From: Candidatus Obscuribacteraceae bacterium
GTDB lineage: Bacteria > Cyanobacteriota > Vampirovibrionia > Obscuribacterales > Obscuribacteraceae
Direction of reading: 5' to 3'
Length of the DNA stretch: 64,000 nucleotides
Assembly: GCA_044226015.1 (NCBI GenBank)
Contig: JBGAHS010000006.1
Coordinates: 448,001-512,000 of the forward strand
Part shown: positions 51,479-61,156 of the stretch, one piece after another
Layout: each line of letters opens with the position of its first letter
Numbering within the stretch: position 1 is the stretch's first letter
Notes under the pieces: model-generated
What the model was told of the DNA's origin: nothing
Database searches by the model: none
What the model saw: the letters and a program-made list of their open reading frames with translations, nothing else
Program-made: the position numbers and the translations under genes

Positions 51479-53848
51479 ATGAACAAATGGCTACCTTTCC
51501 TTCTAGTTGCAATTCAAGCTAGCACCGCACCATATTCGGTGCTTGCTTCAGATCACAAAAAGGAGCCAAAGAGCGAAAAGAAAAGCAAGGCAGCCAAGGT
51601 AAAGAGTTCGAGCGAGAACAAATCAACATCGTCAGCTAGCGATACAGACAAAGCGATGAATGATTACATCGACAAGCTAATGAAAAAGATGACGCTCGAA
51701 GAAAAAATTGGTCAAATGAACCTACCTTCAATCGGGTTTGACGTCACAGGTCCAGTAGTGAGCGAGGGCGTTGAAGAGAAGATCGCAAAAGGTTTAGTCG
51801 GAGGAGTGTTCAACACCTACACTCCAAAAGCAGTTCGTAAATTACAAGAAATGGCGGTAAATCAATCGCGATTGAAGATTCCTCTGATTTTCGGCTATGA
51901 CGTTATACACGGACACAGAACAGTATTTCCAATTCCACTCGGTTTGTCTGCATCTTGGAACATGGATCTCGTAAAAAGAACGGCTCAAGCGGCTGCACTT
52001 GAAGCAAGCGCAGATGGTTTGAACTGGACATTCTCCCCAATGGTCGATATAGCTAGAGACCCGCGTTGGGGACGTGTAAGCGAAGGCGCTGGAGAAGACC
52101 CATATTTGGGCGGACAGGTCGCTAAGGCGATGGTTGACGGGTACCAGGGAAATGGTTACAAGAACGCTGACAGAGTCATGTCCTGTGTCAAACACTTCGC
52201 CCTTTATGGAGGTGCAGAAGCGGGACGAGACTATAACACAGTAGACATGAGCCGCATCAAGATGTACAACGAGTACCTGCCACCATATAAGGCTGCAGTT
52301 GATGCTGGTGCTGCCTCTGTAATGAGTTCGTTCAATGAAGTTGAAGGAATGCCTTCAAGCGGAAACAAATGGCTCATGACTGACCTTTTGAGGAAAGAAT
52401 GGGGCTTCAAAGGCTTCATCTGCACCGATTACACCGCCATCAATGAGATGATTGCACACGGCGTTGGCGATGAAGCAAAGGTAGCTGAGCTTGCCTTCAA
52501 TGCCGGCATAGACATGGACATGGTTGGCGAACTCTTCATTAAGTATGGTACAGAGCTCGTAAAATCTGGTCGAGTAAAGGAATCTCAAATTGATGCAGCT
52601 TGTCACAGAGTATTGGAAGCAAAATACAAACTTGGACTTTTCGAAGATCCTTACCGTTACCTGAATGAAACAAGAGCAAAAGAACAACTGCAGAGCGCCG
52701 ATAAAATCGCCCTGAGTACAGAAGCTGCTGAGAAAAGCATGGTTCTTCTGAAAAACACTAATAATTTGCTTCCGCTATCAACAGACAAGAAGATTGCATT
52801 CATAGGTCCTCTAGTCAAAGACCATAGACATTTAATAGGAAGCTGGAGCGGTGCGGGCTCTTGGGATAATACCGTAAGCCTGTGGGATGCCCTCGAAAAG
52901 AAATTTGGATCAGACAAATTTGCCTATGCAAAAGGCTGCAACATTATCGACGATGAAGCTTTGATCAAAAGGCTGAATAAAGATGGTGGCATGCTTGAAT
53001 TAGATAAGAAAAGTCCAACGGAGTTAATTGCTGAAGCTGTCGAGACTGCTAACAAATCAGACGTTGTTGTCGCGGTTTTAGGTGAACCATTTTGTGTAAG
53101 CGGTGAGGCATCGAGCCGAAGCACCATCGGATTATTCGATAATCAGGTGGAATTGCTCAAAGCACTGAAGAAGACCGGAAAGCCGATTGTTCTGGTCGTC
53201 GAAAACGGTCGTCCATTGACCCTATCATGGGAAGACGAAAACATGGACGCTATTCTCGAGGCGTGGCACGGCGGCACCACTGCTGGTGCAGCGATGGAAA
53301 AGGTTCTATTCGGTGAAGTGAACCCATCTGGGCGCCTGAGTATGACGTTTCCCAGAAGCCTGGGACAAGTGCCAATCTACTACAATCACAAAAATACTGG
53401 ACGTCCTTATGACGCCAACGAGAAGTACAGGTCCAAGTATCTCGATATCTCGAACGATCCACTCTACCCATTCGGTTATGGATTGAGTTACACAAGCTTT
53501 GATTACAGTGAACCGAAGCTCAGTAGCAACAAAATAAAAGCCAGCGAAGAATTGTCTGTCAGCAGCACAGTCACCAACAAAGGCAAAGTTGCCGGTGTAG
53601 AAACTGTTCAGCTTTATATCAGAGATATGATCGGAAGCAGCACTAGACCCGTCAAAGAGCTGAAGAAGTTTGAGCAAATCGAGTTAAAGCCAGGCGAATC
53701 AAAAACCGTGACCTTCAAACTAAGTAAAGATGATTTGAGCTTTTACAATGCTGATCTCAAATTTGTAGTGGAGCCCGGTGAATTCAAAGTTTACGTAGGT
53801 CCAAACAGCCGCGATGCGAAAGAAACCAGTTTTGAACTAGTTGATTAA
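51479..53848 (+). CDS. bglX: GH3 periplasmic beta-glucosidase
   Basis: 'MTLEEKIGQ', 'DVIHG', 'RDPRWGRVSEGAGEDP', 'KHFALYG', 'TDY', 'GEASSR', 'LYPFGYGLSYT', 'RPVKELK'. Confidence 0.92.
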   Translation: MNKWLPFLLVAIQASTAPYSVLASDHKKEPKSEKKSKAAKVKSSSENKSTSSASDTDKAMNDYIDKLMKKMTLEEKIGQMNLPSIGFDVTGPVVSEGVEEKIAKGLVGGVFNTYTPKAVRKLQEMAVNQSRLKIPLIFGYDVIHGHRTVFPIPLGLSASWNMDLVKRTAQAAALEASADGLNWTFSPMVDIARDPRWGRVSEGAGEDPYLGGQVAKAMVDGYQGNGYKNADRVMSCVKHFALYGGAEAGRDYNTVDMSRIKMYNEYLPPYKAAVDAGAASVMSSFNEVEGMPSSGNKWLMTDLLRKEWGFKGFICTDYTAINEMIAHGVGDEAKVAELAFNAGIDMDMVGELFIKYGTELVKSGRVKESQIDAACHRVLEAKYKLGLFEDPYRYLNETRAKEQLQSADKIALSTEAAEKSMVLLKNTNNLLPLSTDKKIAFIGPLVKDHRHLIGSWSGAGSWDNTVSLWDALEKKFGSDKFAYAKGCNIIDDEALIKRLNKDGGMLELDKKSPTELIAEAVETANKSDVVVAVLGEPFCVSGEASSRSTIGLFDNQVELLKALKKTGKPIVLVVENGRPLTLSWEDENMDAILEAWHGGTTAGAAMEKVLFGEVNPSGRLSMTFPRSLGQVPIYYNHKNTGRPYDANEKYRSKYLDISNDPLYPFGYGLSYTSFDYSEPKLSSNKIKASEELSVSSTVTNKGKVAGVETVQLYIRDMIGSSTRPVKELKKFEQIELKPGESKTVTFKLSKDDLSFYNADLKFVVEPGEFKVYVGPNSRDAKETSFELVD

Positions 53849-53880
53849 TTTGCTCGAACCGATCAAATCAAGCGACTAAA

Positions 53881-53901
53881 TAGTACAGGGACTCTGTACT
53901 G
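53881..53901. terminator. Hairpin between bglX and the repeat array
   Basis: AGTACAG-ggact-CTGTACT; followed by ATTT on the minus strand, with no T run on the plus strand. Confidence 0.4.
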
Positions 53902-54116
53902 GATTAGCCTTGCTGGTCCAGGTATCCGTCTTGTCCTTCTGGAATCCGCTTAATTCTTCCGAGATCCGCCTTGTTCTTTTATGGGATCCACCTTGCATTT
54001 CTGGGATTCACCTTGTTCTGATGGGATCCACCTTGTTGTCCTGGATCCGTCTTGCTTGTTCTGGATTCATCTTGCTGCTAATGGTATCCGTTTTGTTCTT
54101 CAAGGATCCGCCTTCC
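53899..54116. repeat. Degenerate tandem array, 11 units of ~20 nt, core GG(N)ATCCRCCTTG
   Basis: Core 'ATYC' (ATTA in unit 1) at 53903, 53924, 53944, 53964, 53986, 54006, 54026, 54045, 54065, 54086, 54106 (spacing 19-22). Confidence 0.85.
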
Positions 54117-54140
54117 ATTGGCCGGGTAATATTTTGCGCC

Positions 54141-54175
54141 TTGAAAGTGCTCCGACATCGAGATAAAATCCTGGC
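54141..54175 (+). promoter_or_regulatory. Sigma70-type promoter, leaderless methyltransferase mRNA
   Basis: TTGAAA(54141)-17 nt-TAAAAT(54164)-6 nt-ATG(54176); no Shine-Dalgarno sequence. Confidence 0.7.
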
Positions 54176-55024
54176 ATGCCAAATGCCCTTCTTCCTACTG
54201 AGAATGCACCTGCACGCGAGTTCAAATCTCCACTGCGATATCCAGGTGGCAAGCAAAAAGCTATAGATCTCATATCGTCTAAATTTCCGCAGAAAGTGGG
54301 CGAATATCGTGAACCGATGGTAGGCGGTGGAAGCGTCTATTTTCGCGCCCGGTCAATGCGGTTAGCACGAACCTATTGGATCAACGACCTGTTTGAAGAG
54401 TTGGTCTCTTTTTGGAAAATCTGCCAGAATCCTCAGCTCTGTGATCAGCTCACAAACGAACTGGAAATACTAAGACAATCGTTCGCATCTGCAGATGAAA
54501 TCAAAGAGTACTTTCTGGCTGCACGCAAAGAGAAATGCGATAACGAATTTAGAATCGCGGAACTCTTCTTCTTCTTCAATCGCGTTACGTTCAGCGGCAC
54601 GACGAGAGCAGGCGGCTTTTCGAGTGCAGCGAGCATTAAAAGATTTACTGCGTCGTCCATCCAGAGACTTCAATCTCTGCCCTCAGCCCTCGAAGATACG
54701 AGAATTAGCCAACTTGATTTTGAAGAGCTGATTTCAGCACCAGGTAAAGACGTATTTTTATTTTTGGACCCGCCTTATTACACAGCAACCCGCTTATATG
54801 GAAAAAACGGTAGCTTGCATAACTTTGATCATGAAAGGCTTTCAGCGGCTCTTCGAAAAACGAGACACAGATTTTTGATTACCTACGATGACTGCGCGGA
54901 GCTCAGGAAACTTTATTCGTGGGCAAAGATAGAGGAATGGCAACTGCAATACGGAATGAATAATTGCAATTCTGAACGCAGCAGCAAAATAGGCGCCGAA
55001 TTGTTCATCTCCAATTATAGCTAA
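54176..55024 (+). CDS. DNA adenine methyltransferase, D12/Dam-like class, solitary
   Basis: 'PLRYPGGK', 'YREPMVGGGSV', 'WIND', 'FLFLDPPY', 'ELFISNY'. Confidence 0.92.
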   Translation: MPNALLPTENAPAREFKSPLRYPGGKQKAIDLISSKFPQKVGEYREPMVGGGSVYFRARSMRLARTYWINDLFEELVSFWKICQNPQLCDQLTNELEILRQSFASADEIKEYFLAARKEKCDNEFRIAELFFFFNRVTFSGTTRAGGFSSAASIKRFTASSIQRLQSLPSALEDTRISQLDFEELISAPGKDVFLFLDPPYYTATRLYGKNGSLHNFDHERLSAALRKTRHRFLITYDDCAELRKLYSWAKIEEWQLQYGMNNCNSERSSKIGAELFISNYS

Positions 55025-55303
55025 TCCTAATCAGTTAATCGGTTAGCGAACAGCAGCTGAAAAAATTTCCTATATTGTGACTGTGCATCTCCAATACTCG
55101 TCATCGCATAATTCCATGCGCTGTCTCCCAGTCATAAACTCCGACCGCAACTCACACAGAAATTAGATTCGCGAAGTTATCAGCCGCAGAAACGGCAACA
55201 TTAGCCCCGCTCGGTCGTCAACAGTTCCATATCAGTCATGATTTGCCGTTTGCACACGTCAAAGCGGGTGTTCGAGCGCTCTAGCTTGCGAGGGAATTTC
55301 AGA

Positions 55304-55987
55304 ATGAAGAAAGCAGTTCTGATTTGCTTGCTCAGTTCAATTTCGGCGCCTTGCAATTTTACAATGCCAGTCTATGCACAAACTCTGACCAGCGAAGCCA
55401 TCGCAGAGAATGCATATAAGGTAGCGCAACAAATGAACAGAACAGGAAGGTGCTACGAAGGTGTTTGCCGAGCTATGCGTCCACTGGGGGTAGAACTTTG
55501 GGGCGAAGCAGCATTCGAAGCGGACGGGCTTCTCTCAAAAGACAGCCGTTTTGTTCCTTTAATAGTCACAGATACGGCTCAACTAAGACGCGGTGACATA
55601 ATTGTCTACAGGAAATCGCCCCAGCATCCCTATGGTCACATCTCCGTGTATGAGGGGAATCTTGTCGAGGCGAGCGACCATATTTCGCCAGTGACACATA
55701 CTAAGAATTATGGTGGAGCTACTGTTTTTCGATTAAATCAAGAATTTCAGAATCAAAATTTGGCGAACAGCGAATACCAGCCCTACGCGCAATCTTCATT
55801 GCAAAACGGAGGCTTTCGCCCCCTCGCGAATACGCAGCAAATCCAACAGAACATGTTGCCCCCAGAGGCACCCGATTTCAGAGACAAAAAGGGTTTCACG
55901 AGCAAAACCACTTTCCCCTCAAGCAAAGTCATCAAAGGTATGGAGAGACATTTATTTAAAAGGCTCATTAGATACATACTTCAATAA
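55304..55987 (+). CDS. Exported protein with an NlpC/P60/CHAP-like Cys-His motif (putative peptidoglycan hydrolase)
   Basis: Signal peptide; 'GRCYEGV', 'RRGDIIVY', 'PYGHISVY'. Confidence 0.6.
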   Translation: MKKAVLICLLSSISAPCNFTMPVYAQTLTSEAIAENAYKVAQQMNRTGRCYEGVCRAMRPLGVELWGEAAFEADGLLSKDSRFVPLIVTDTAQLRRGDIIVYRKSPQHPYGHISVYEGNLVEASDHISPVTHTKNYGGATVFRLNQEFQNQNLANSEYQPYAQSSLQNGGFRPLANTQQIQQNMLPPEAPDFRDKKGFTSKTTFPSSKVIKGMERHLFKRLIRYILQ

Positions 55988-56188
55988 CTCTCAAAGTGAT
56001 ACCATATGCCCATATCAGGTTTTCACCTACGAACCAACCTTGCGCACCATATACGATACCGCTTTAATCGCTAGACTTTTTAGAATTCACTTCAATAGCT
56101 GCACAACAAGTAACAGACTCACAGCGCAACGAACCGCCAGCAAACCCTGCATCACAAGCAAAGGATTGATGGCTTTAGTCAGCGGATT

Positions 56189-57586
56189 CTAAATAATTGG
56201 TTCCTTGAACAGCATAGTTTCAGGATTGGTAGGACCAAGCGCCGCTTCTGCGACCTCGATTGATTTCTTGCGTGCAGATTCTGCGTCTGCGGTTTTCTTC
56301 TGGCGATGGTAGCACAAAGCCAATGCGCGCCAGCAATAAGCGGTGCAGATGTTTTTAGCAAATGAAGTGCCTTGGAGACTTTGAATCATATCTTTCAAGC
56401 TACTTTCAGCATCATCAAATTGCTTTCGCTCGATGAGAACTTTTGCCTGGAGACTCTGCAATCGAGCTATGATATTTACTTCTGCGGACAATGATTTTGC
56501 CGTCTCATAGAGCAATTGAAGCAGTGAATCTGCGAAGTGAACATCTCCAATCAACAAGGCAGACTCGATTGCCTGAATATGCTTGAACCATGTAATTTTG
56601 GAAACGGACACACTAGATGATGCGGGTGCTGATGAAAATGCTGACGATGCTTCTGCCTCTGATTCCTGACTTGTCCCCTTCTTTCCAGGCATAAGATTAG
56701 CAAAAAATCCAGCAACGCCTCCTTTGCTCTGTGGCTTCGCAGCAGCAACACTTTCGGATTTCACTGGGGGACTTGCGCTAACTGCTGCAGAGGGAGTCTC
56801 ACTGGTTGTTAGAGGCGCGGAGAAGCTCATTCCCTGCGGTGCGGACATGCTCATGCCGGCAGCACCTGAAGGTACAGCAGAGCCGATGGACGAATTTGAA
56901 GAAACACTAGCCGTAGCACTGCCGGTACCGGATGAAGAATTATTAGAATTCGAGGAAGACACCGTATTTGGTACCGCTCCTTTCGAGCTGGCGGGTGCTG
57001 TCGACATCACCACAGGAGCAGATGGCATCGCTGAGCTGTTTGTCGAACTTGAGAACATCGGCTGTGCTGCAGAGGCAGCTGGTTCCACCTTAGGAACAGT
57101 TGCTACTTTCTCTTCGGTTTTAGGAGCTTTCTTTGCCGCTTCCGCAGTGACGCAACTCGGACATATTTGCATCACCGGAATAGGGTCTGGCGTGAAAGGC
57201 ACCGTCTTCGGTGCAGGTTCTGGGGACGCGGACTTCTCTGCAGCGACAGATGAGCCATGTCCACCATGAGCAGACTTGCCATGAGAGCCGGCCGGCGGTG
57301 CTTGGATGGTTCCAGGCAAGCTCGCTACACCATTATTGGACAAACTCTGTCCAACGAAAGCAGATAGAGTTTTGCGCCGCTCGACCACAAGAGCGGGGTC
57401 ATCGGCATCATCCGAGCCTTTTTTAGCGGTGATTGGGTTTTTGCTTAGAAAATCTTTGAGTGCCGCACTTGCAGTTTTGGGATCAACAGTCTGAACAGAT
57501 TCATCTTTCCTTAGCTTCGTAGTGTCAACACCACTTTCCGCCAAGTTCTTTTTCAGTTGGCCCAGTATGGATTCTAATTGTGACAT
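56189..57586 (-). CDS. Ser/Ala/Pro-rich protein with C-terminal TPRs
   Basis: Long low-complexity centre with a CPSC motif; C-terminal 'LALCYHRQKKTADAE...LGPTNPET'. Confidence 0.7.
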   Translation of the reverse strand: MSQLESILGQLKKNLAESGVDTTKLRKDESVQTVDPKTASAALKDFLSKNPITAKKGSDDADDPALVVERRKTLSAFVGQSLSNNGVASLPGTIQAPPAGSHGKSAHGGHGSSVAAEKSASPEPAPKTVPFTPDPIPVMQICPSCVTAEAAKKAPKTEEKVATVPKVEPAASAAQPMFSSSTNSSAMPSAPVVMSTAPASSKGAVPNTVSSSNSNNSSSGTGSATASVSSNSSIGSAVPSGAAGMSMSAPQGMSFSAPLTTSETPSAAVSASPPVKSESVAAAKPQSKGGVAGFFANLMPGKKGTSQESEAEASSAFSSAPASSSVSVSKITWFKHIQAIESALLIGDVHFADSLLQLLYETAKSLSAEVNIIARLQSLQAKVLIERKQFDDAESSLKDMIQSLQGTSFAKNICTAYCWRALALCYHRQKKTADAESARKKSIEVAEAALGPTNPETMLFKEPII

Positions 57587-57760
57587 TCTGCAAGCACACC
57601 CCCATGTAACCTGAGCAATATTCCAATTTCCCATCAGCTAATAACATTTTTCAGACACTTGCTAACATTAACTGAGTTTGGCGAAAGTCTCCTTGTGGAA
57701 GTTGGAACTATAGCAGCGTTCTTAGATGCCACTTTTCAACAGCCAAACAGGGATTTTTCG

Positions 57761-58876
57761 ATGACGTCCACACTAAACAAAGCTCCGTCCACCAAGAAAA
57801 TAGATGCATTCTTCCAATACATGTTTGCAAAGAGTGCTTCCGACTTACACCTTTCATCGGGGAAACCACCGATGGTGCGTGTACACGGCGAGCTAGAAAA
57901 TATCGAACAATTGCCTGCGCTACAACATGCAGATTTGCTTGAATTACTTCAGGAAATCGCCCCATCAGCTAAGTGGGATCAGTTTGCCAGAACAGGAGAC
58001 GTCGACTTCGGATACGAAATACCTGGTATGGCTCGTTTTCGCTGCAATTATTTCAATCAAAGAAGCGGTTGCGCAGCAGTCTTCAGGCAGATTCCCAGCA
58101 AAGTTCTAACAGCAGAAGACCTGGGTTTACCGAAAGTTTTGACTCAGGCTGCAATGCTCAAAAAGGGATTGGTACTTGTTACAGGACCAACTGGAAGCGG
58201 CAAGTCCACGACACTTGCAGCGATGATTGACCACGCTAACAAAAATAGAAAAGACCACATTATCACAGTCGAAGACCCGATCGAATTCGTGCATCAGAGT
58301 AGTGGTTGTATGGTAAACCACAGAGAAGTGGGTCTACACACCGAATCATTTTCCGCTGCATTGCGCGGTGCTCTTCGCGAAGACCCCGATATCATTCTAG
58401 TCGGTGAAATGAGAGACCTGGAGACAATCAGATTAGCTGTAGAAGCAGCTGCCACAGGGCACCTTGTGTTCGGAACTCTTCACACAACGAATGCACCGAA
58501 AACCGTTGACCGTGTAATTGAAGTTTTCCCACCAGAAGAGCAGAACCAGATTAGAAACACGCTCTCAACCAGCCTTCGCTGCGTGGTAGCGCAAAATCTT
58601 TTCAAGCGCGCTGACATAAAAGGACGCTGTGCGGCTCTGGAAATTTTGGTTTGTAACTCCGGCGTGGGTAACCTGATTCGCGAAGGAAAGACATTCCAAA
58701 TTCCATCACAAATGCAGTTAGGAAAGAAACAAGGGATGCAAACCCTCGATGATGCAATTCATGACTTACTCCAAAAGAAATGGATCAGTCCAGAAGAAGC
58801 CTTCGACAAGGCAATCGACAAAGCAAGATTCCAGCATTTGATCAAGATGTCTCCGGAAGATTCGATGTTCTTCTAA
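57761..58876 (+). CDS. pilT: Type IV pilus retraction ATPase PilT/PilU family
   Basis: 'ASDLHLSSG', 'GPTGSGKSTTLAAMID', 'TVEDPIEF', 'LREDPDIILVGEMRD', 'TGHLVFGTLHT', 'NLIREGK', 'GMQTLD'. Confidence 0.93.
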   Translation: MTSTLNKAPSTKKIDAFFQYMFAKSASDLHLSSGKPPMVRVHGELENIEQLPALQHADLLELLQEIAPSAKWDQFARTGDVDFGYEIPGMARFRCNYFNQRSGCAAVFRQIPSKVLTAEDLGLPKVLTQAAMLKKGLVLVTGPTGSGKSTTLAAMIDHANKNRKDHIITVEDPIEFVHQSSGCMVNHREVGLHTESFSAALRGALREDPDIILVGEMRDLETIRLAVEAAATGHLVFGTLHTTNAPKTVDRVIEVFPPEEQNQIRNTLSTSLRCVVAQNLFKRADIKGRCAALEILVCNSGVGNLIREGKTFQIPSQMQLGKKQGMQTLDDAIHDLLQKKWISPEEAFDKAIDKARFQHLIKMSPEDSMFF

Positions 58877-59014
58877 CTGCCAACTTGCAATATTGGGATA
58901 TTTGCTCAAACTTCTAAAAGGCATTCATCCCGGAAGCGCCCTTGCGTAATTTCCCGATAGCGCCGAGCACGCGCGCTTCGTAGAATCTTCTTGTCATTGA
59001 GGACAGAAGTAGCT

Positions 59015-59722
59015 ATGGCGTGGGAAAAAGAAGACCTTAAAACAGGAGATAGAGTGGCCCAGGCCGGCGTAGCGCTGGTGGAACAGGCTCTTTTTGCTGA
59101 CGGGAAGACTTTTCCTGATAAGGTCGAGGGAAACATCAAGCTTCCAGACAAAAACGGAAACGTCCAGCTGAATCTTCCCAACATTGAATTCGTAAACACG
59201 ATGCGTCAGCACGATAGCGATCCGCCAGCTGTTAACACAAAGGTTTATCAAGAAAACATCGACACAATTTCCGACAAGAATGGCAAGAAGATTCAAACCA
59301 TTGATGAGCAACGGCAGGGTTTTCTTGCCGATATAAATTCAACTAACCGATTTGAATGGTGCAAAACAATAGTTCGAAACGGCGAGGGCGCCTTACAATA
59401 CCAGACCCAAGGAACATGCAACGTAACGACAGTAAATGGCGTTTTCAAGGATGCCACCTTCAATGTCTTCGATAGTCAGGGCAAGCAATTACCTGTCCAG
59501 ATTCACTTAGTCGGACAAGCTACGGGTCCTGACTCATTAAAAGTAAGTGCCACCACTGTTTATGCAGACAAGGATGGCAGGCCAATTACCGATGTCACAT
59601 CAGGCAAACCAATGGTACTCGGCACTGTTGAAGCAACAATATCGGTGGATCCTGAGAATCCACAACAAGGCGCGAAAGTAAAGCTAAGCAGAGAAGGACG
59701 AACACTATCTTCTTTAAAATAG
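59015..59722 (+). CDS. Hypothetical protein, beta-strand-rich
   Basis: ORF filling the intergenic space, with plausible composition; no motif recognised. Confidence 0.65.
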   Translation: MAWEKEDLKTGDRVAQAGVALVEQALFADGKTFPDKVEGNIKLPDKNGNVQLNLPNIEFVNTMRQHDSDPPAVNTKVYQENIDTISDKNGKKIQTIDEQRQGFLADINSTNRFEWCKTIVRNGEGALQYQTQGTCNVTTVNGVFKDATFNVFDSQGKQLPVQIHLVGQATGPDSLKVSATTVYADKDGRPITDVTSGKPMVLGTVEATISVDPENPQQGAKVKLSREGRTLSSLK

Positions 59723-59986
59723 TGTTTCGGCAAGAACACTGCAAGACAAAAGCCCTTAGCCAACGCATTATAGAATCCACTTCCGCGCAAATCAGAGATT
59801 TTAGGAAGAACCAAAGGCTAAGTCCTCGGCAACCATTTCTTGAATGTGCGATGACTAAAGTCAAAACAAACTGAAATTTTTCCAAGTTGAAACTTGCGAT
59901 GACAATTTTCGGAACCCGGGAAATAATCATCCGTCACTCATGTCTCAACCAAGTTGAATGTCATACGAAACATCGAGGTGATGAAC

Positions 59987-60406
59987 ATGAAGAGAGCCCT
60001 TTTATCTATGATCGTTTTGTTGAGTGCATGCACATTCGTTGCTGACACCACAATTCCAGTGCAAGCACAATCAACAATGGAAATTGCGCGTGGAAACTGC
60101 AAAGCAGCTTCTGACAAATGTCAACAAACATTGACCTATGCCACAAACAAGAAGGGAAAACTTGGTGCCGAAAATGTAACCGACGCGTTGAAAGACTGCA
60201 TTCAAGTTTGCAACGCAGCTGAAAAAATACTGGCACGCAACTCTCAGCTTGGTGGCAAGACTTCAGCACTTACAATTCAAGCTTGCACAGAAGTAGCAAA
60301 AGCATGTGACCAATTCCCCGGAGACGCTCAAATGCAAGGTTGCGCAAATGAAGTGCGCAAGTGCATCGGCAATCTGCAAAAATTAGACAAGAAATCTGAC
60401 GGCTAA
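59987..60406 (+). CDS. Exported four-helix-bundle Cys-rich protein (Csp copper storage/DUF326-like)
   Basis: GAGGTG RBS; signal peptide; 'DCIQVC', 'ACTEVAKACDQFPGDAQMQGCANEVRKC'. Confidence 0.65.
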   Translation: MKRALLSMIVLLSACTFVADTTIPVQAQSTMEIARGNCKAASDKCQQTLTYATNKKGKLGAENVTDALKDCIQVCNAAEKILARNSQLGGKTSALTIQACTEVAKACDQFPGDAQMQGCANEVRKCIGNLQKLDKKSDG

Positions 60407-60423
60407 TAACTTACAGCTATCGA

Positions 60424-60462
60424 AAGGGGTGCAGAGAATATCTGCATCCCTTCGTTTATTTT
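60424..60462 (+). terminator. Intrinsic terminator between convergent genes
   Basis: AAGGGGTGCAGA-gaata-TCTGCATCCCTT followed by T-rich sequence. Confidence 0.75.
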
Positions 60463-60498
60463 GTATACGGATAACTTAGATTGGGGCACATTTAAATA

Positions 60499-61089
60499 CT
60501 ATTCGGCGAGATAGAACTTCTTCGTTACTGGGTCTTTACCCAAGTTTTCCCACTCATGAGCTGAGTGCAGATGCACCGGAATTGGTGCATTCAAACCAGG
60601 TATTTTCGGACCAATGTTCGGAAACAAAATAATCGGCGACATCTCTAATTGTGCATCAAGCTCTAACGTGTAAAGCAAACCAGGGTTAGTCTCGCCAGGC
60701 AGCCATGCCGCACTGATTTCAGCAGGCGCACTCGCACTAAACGAGTCCATCTTAGATCCACCCACCCTTCTGATGTTAATTTGCAAATCTAGAGCCCGAA
60801 TTTTGATGCCTCCCAAGTCTTGTAAGCGTGACTCAAGCGAAGGGTACGAACTCATTTTCTTAATTGCATCGGAAAACGTATCAGCCTGCGACAATCTCCT
60901 GTTCGCGTCATTCAAAACATCTTGAGCTAACATCCATCGGACAGGAATCACAACCAGATCTAGCAGAGGAATCAGCACCACCCCGACCAAGATTGCAAGA
61001 GCAGGTCCAAATTCTGCGAGTTGGGACCCTCGTTTTGATCGTTTAGCTCGTGGCAGTTGAAACATACGCAGTGATCGAACCAATGACAT
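60499..61089 (-). CDS. TadE-like pseudopilin
   Basis: 'KRSKRG-SQLAEFGPALAILVGVVLIPLLDL'; C-terminal 'IPGLNAP' resembles the 657-1208 gene. Confidence 0.72.
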   Translation of the reverse strand: MSLVRSLRMFQLPRAKRSKRGSQLAEFGPALAILVGVVLIPLLDLVVIPVRWMLAQDVLNDANRRLSQADTFSDAIKKMSSYPSLESRLQDLGGIKIRALDLQINIRRVGGSKMDSFSASAPAEISAAWLPGETNPGLLYTLELDAQLEMSPIILFPNIGPKIPGLNAPIPVHLHSAHEWENLGKDPVTKKFYLAE

Positions 61090-61156
61090 TTAAGCAACTT
61101 TGAATGTCAAGAGTCTATAATTAGCCCTTTACATTTTGTGCAGGCGTTACATTAGC

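Noticed and set aside
53899..54116. CRISPR array
   Set aside because: Period ~20 nt with a degenerate ~12 nt core and ~8 nt variable part is far too short; no cas operon in the window.
53910..54266. ORFs across the repeat array (53910-54266 +, 53981-54166 +, 54008-54256 -)
   Set aside because: The repeat period is not a multiple of three, the translations show no consistent peptide repeat, and they overlap the MTase promoter or start.
54176..55987. Type II restriction-modification pair
   Set aside because: The downstream ORF has a signal peptide and a Cys/His hydrolase-like motif rather than nuclease motifs; upstream is bglX.
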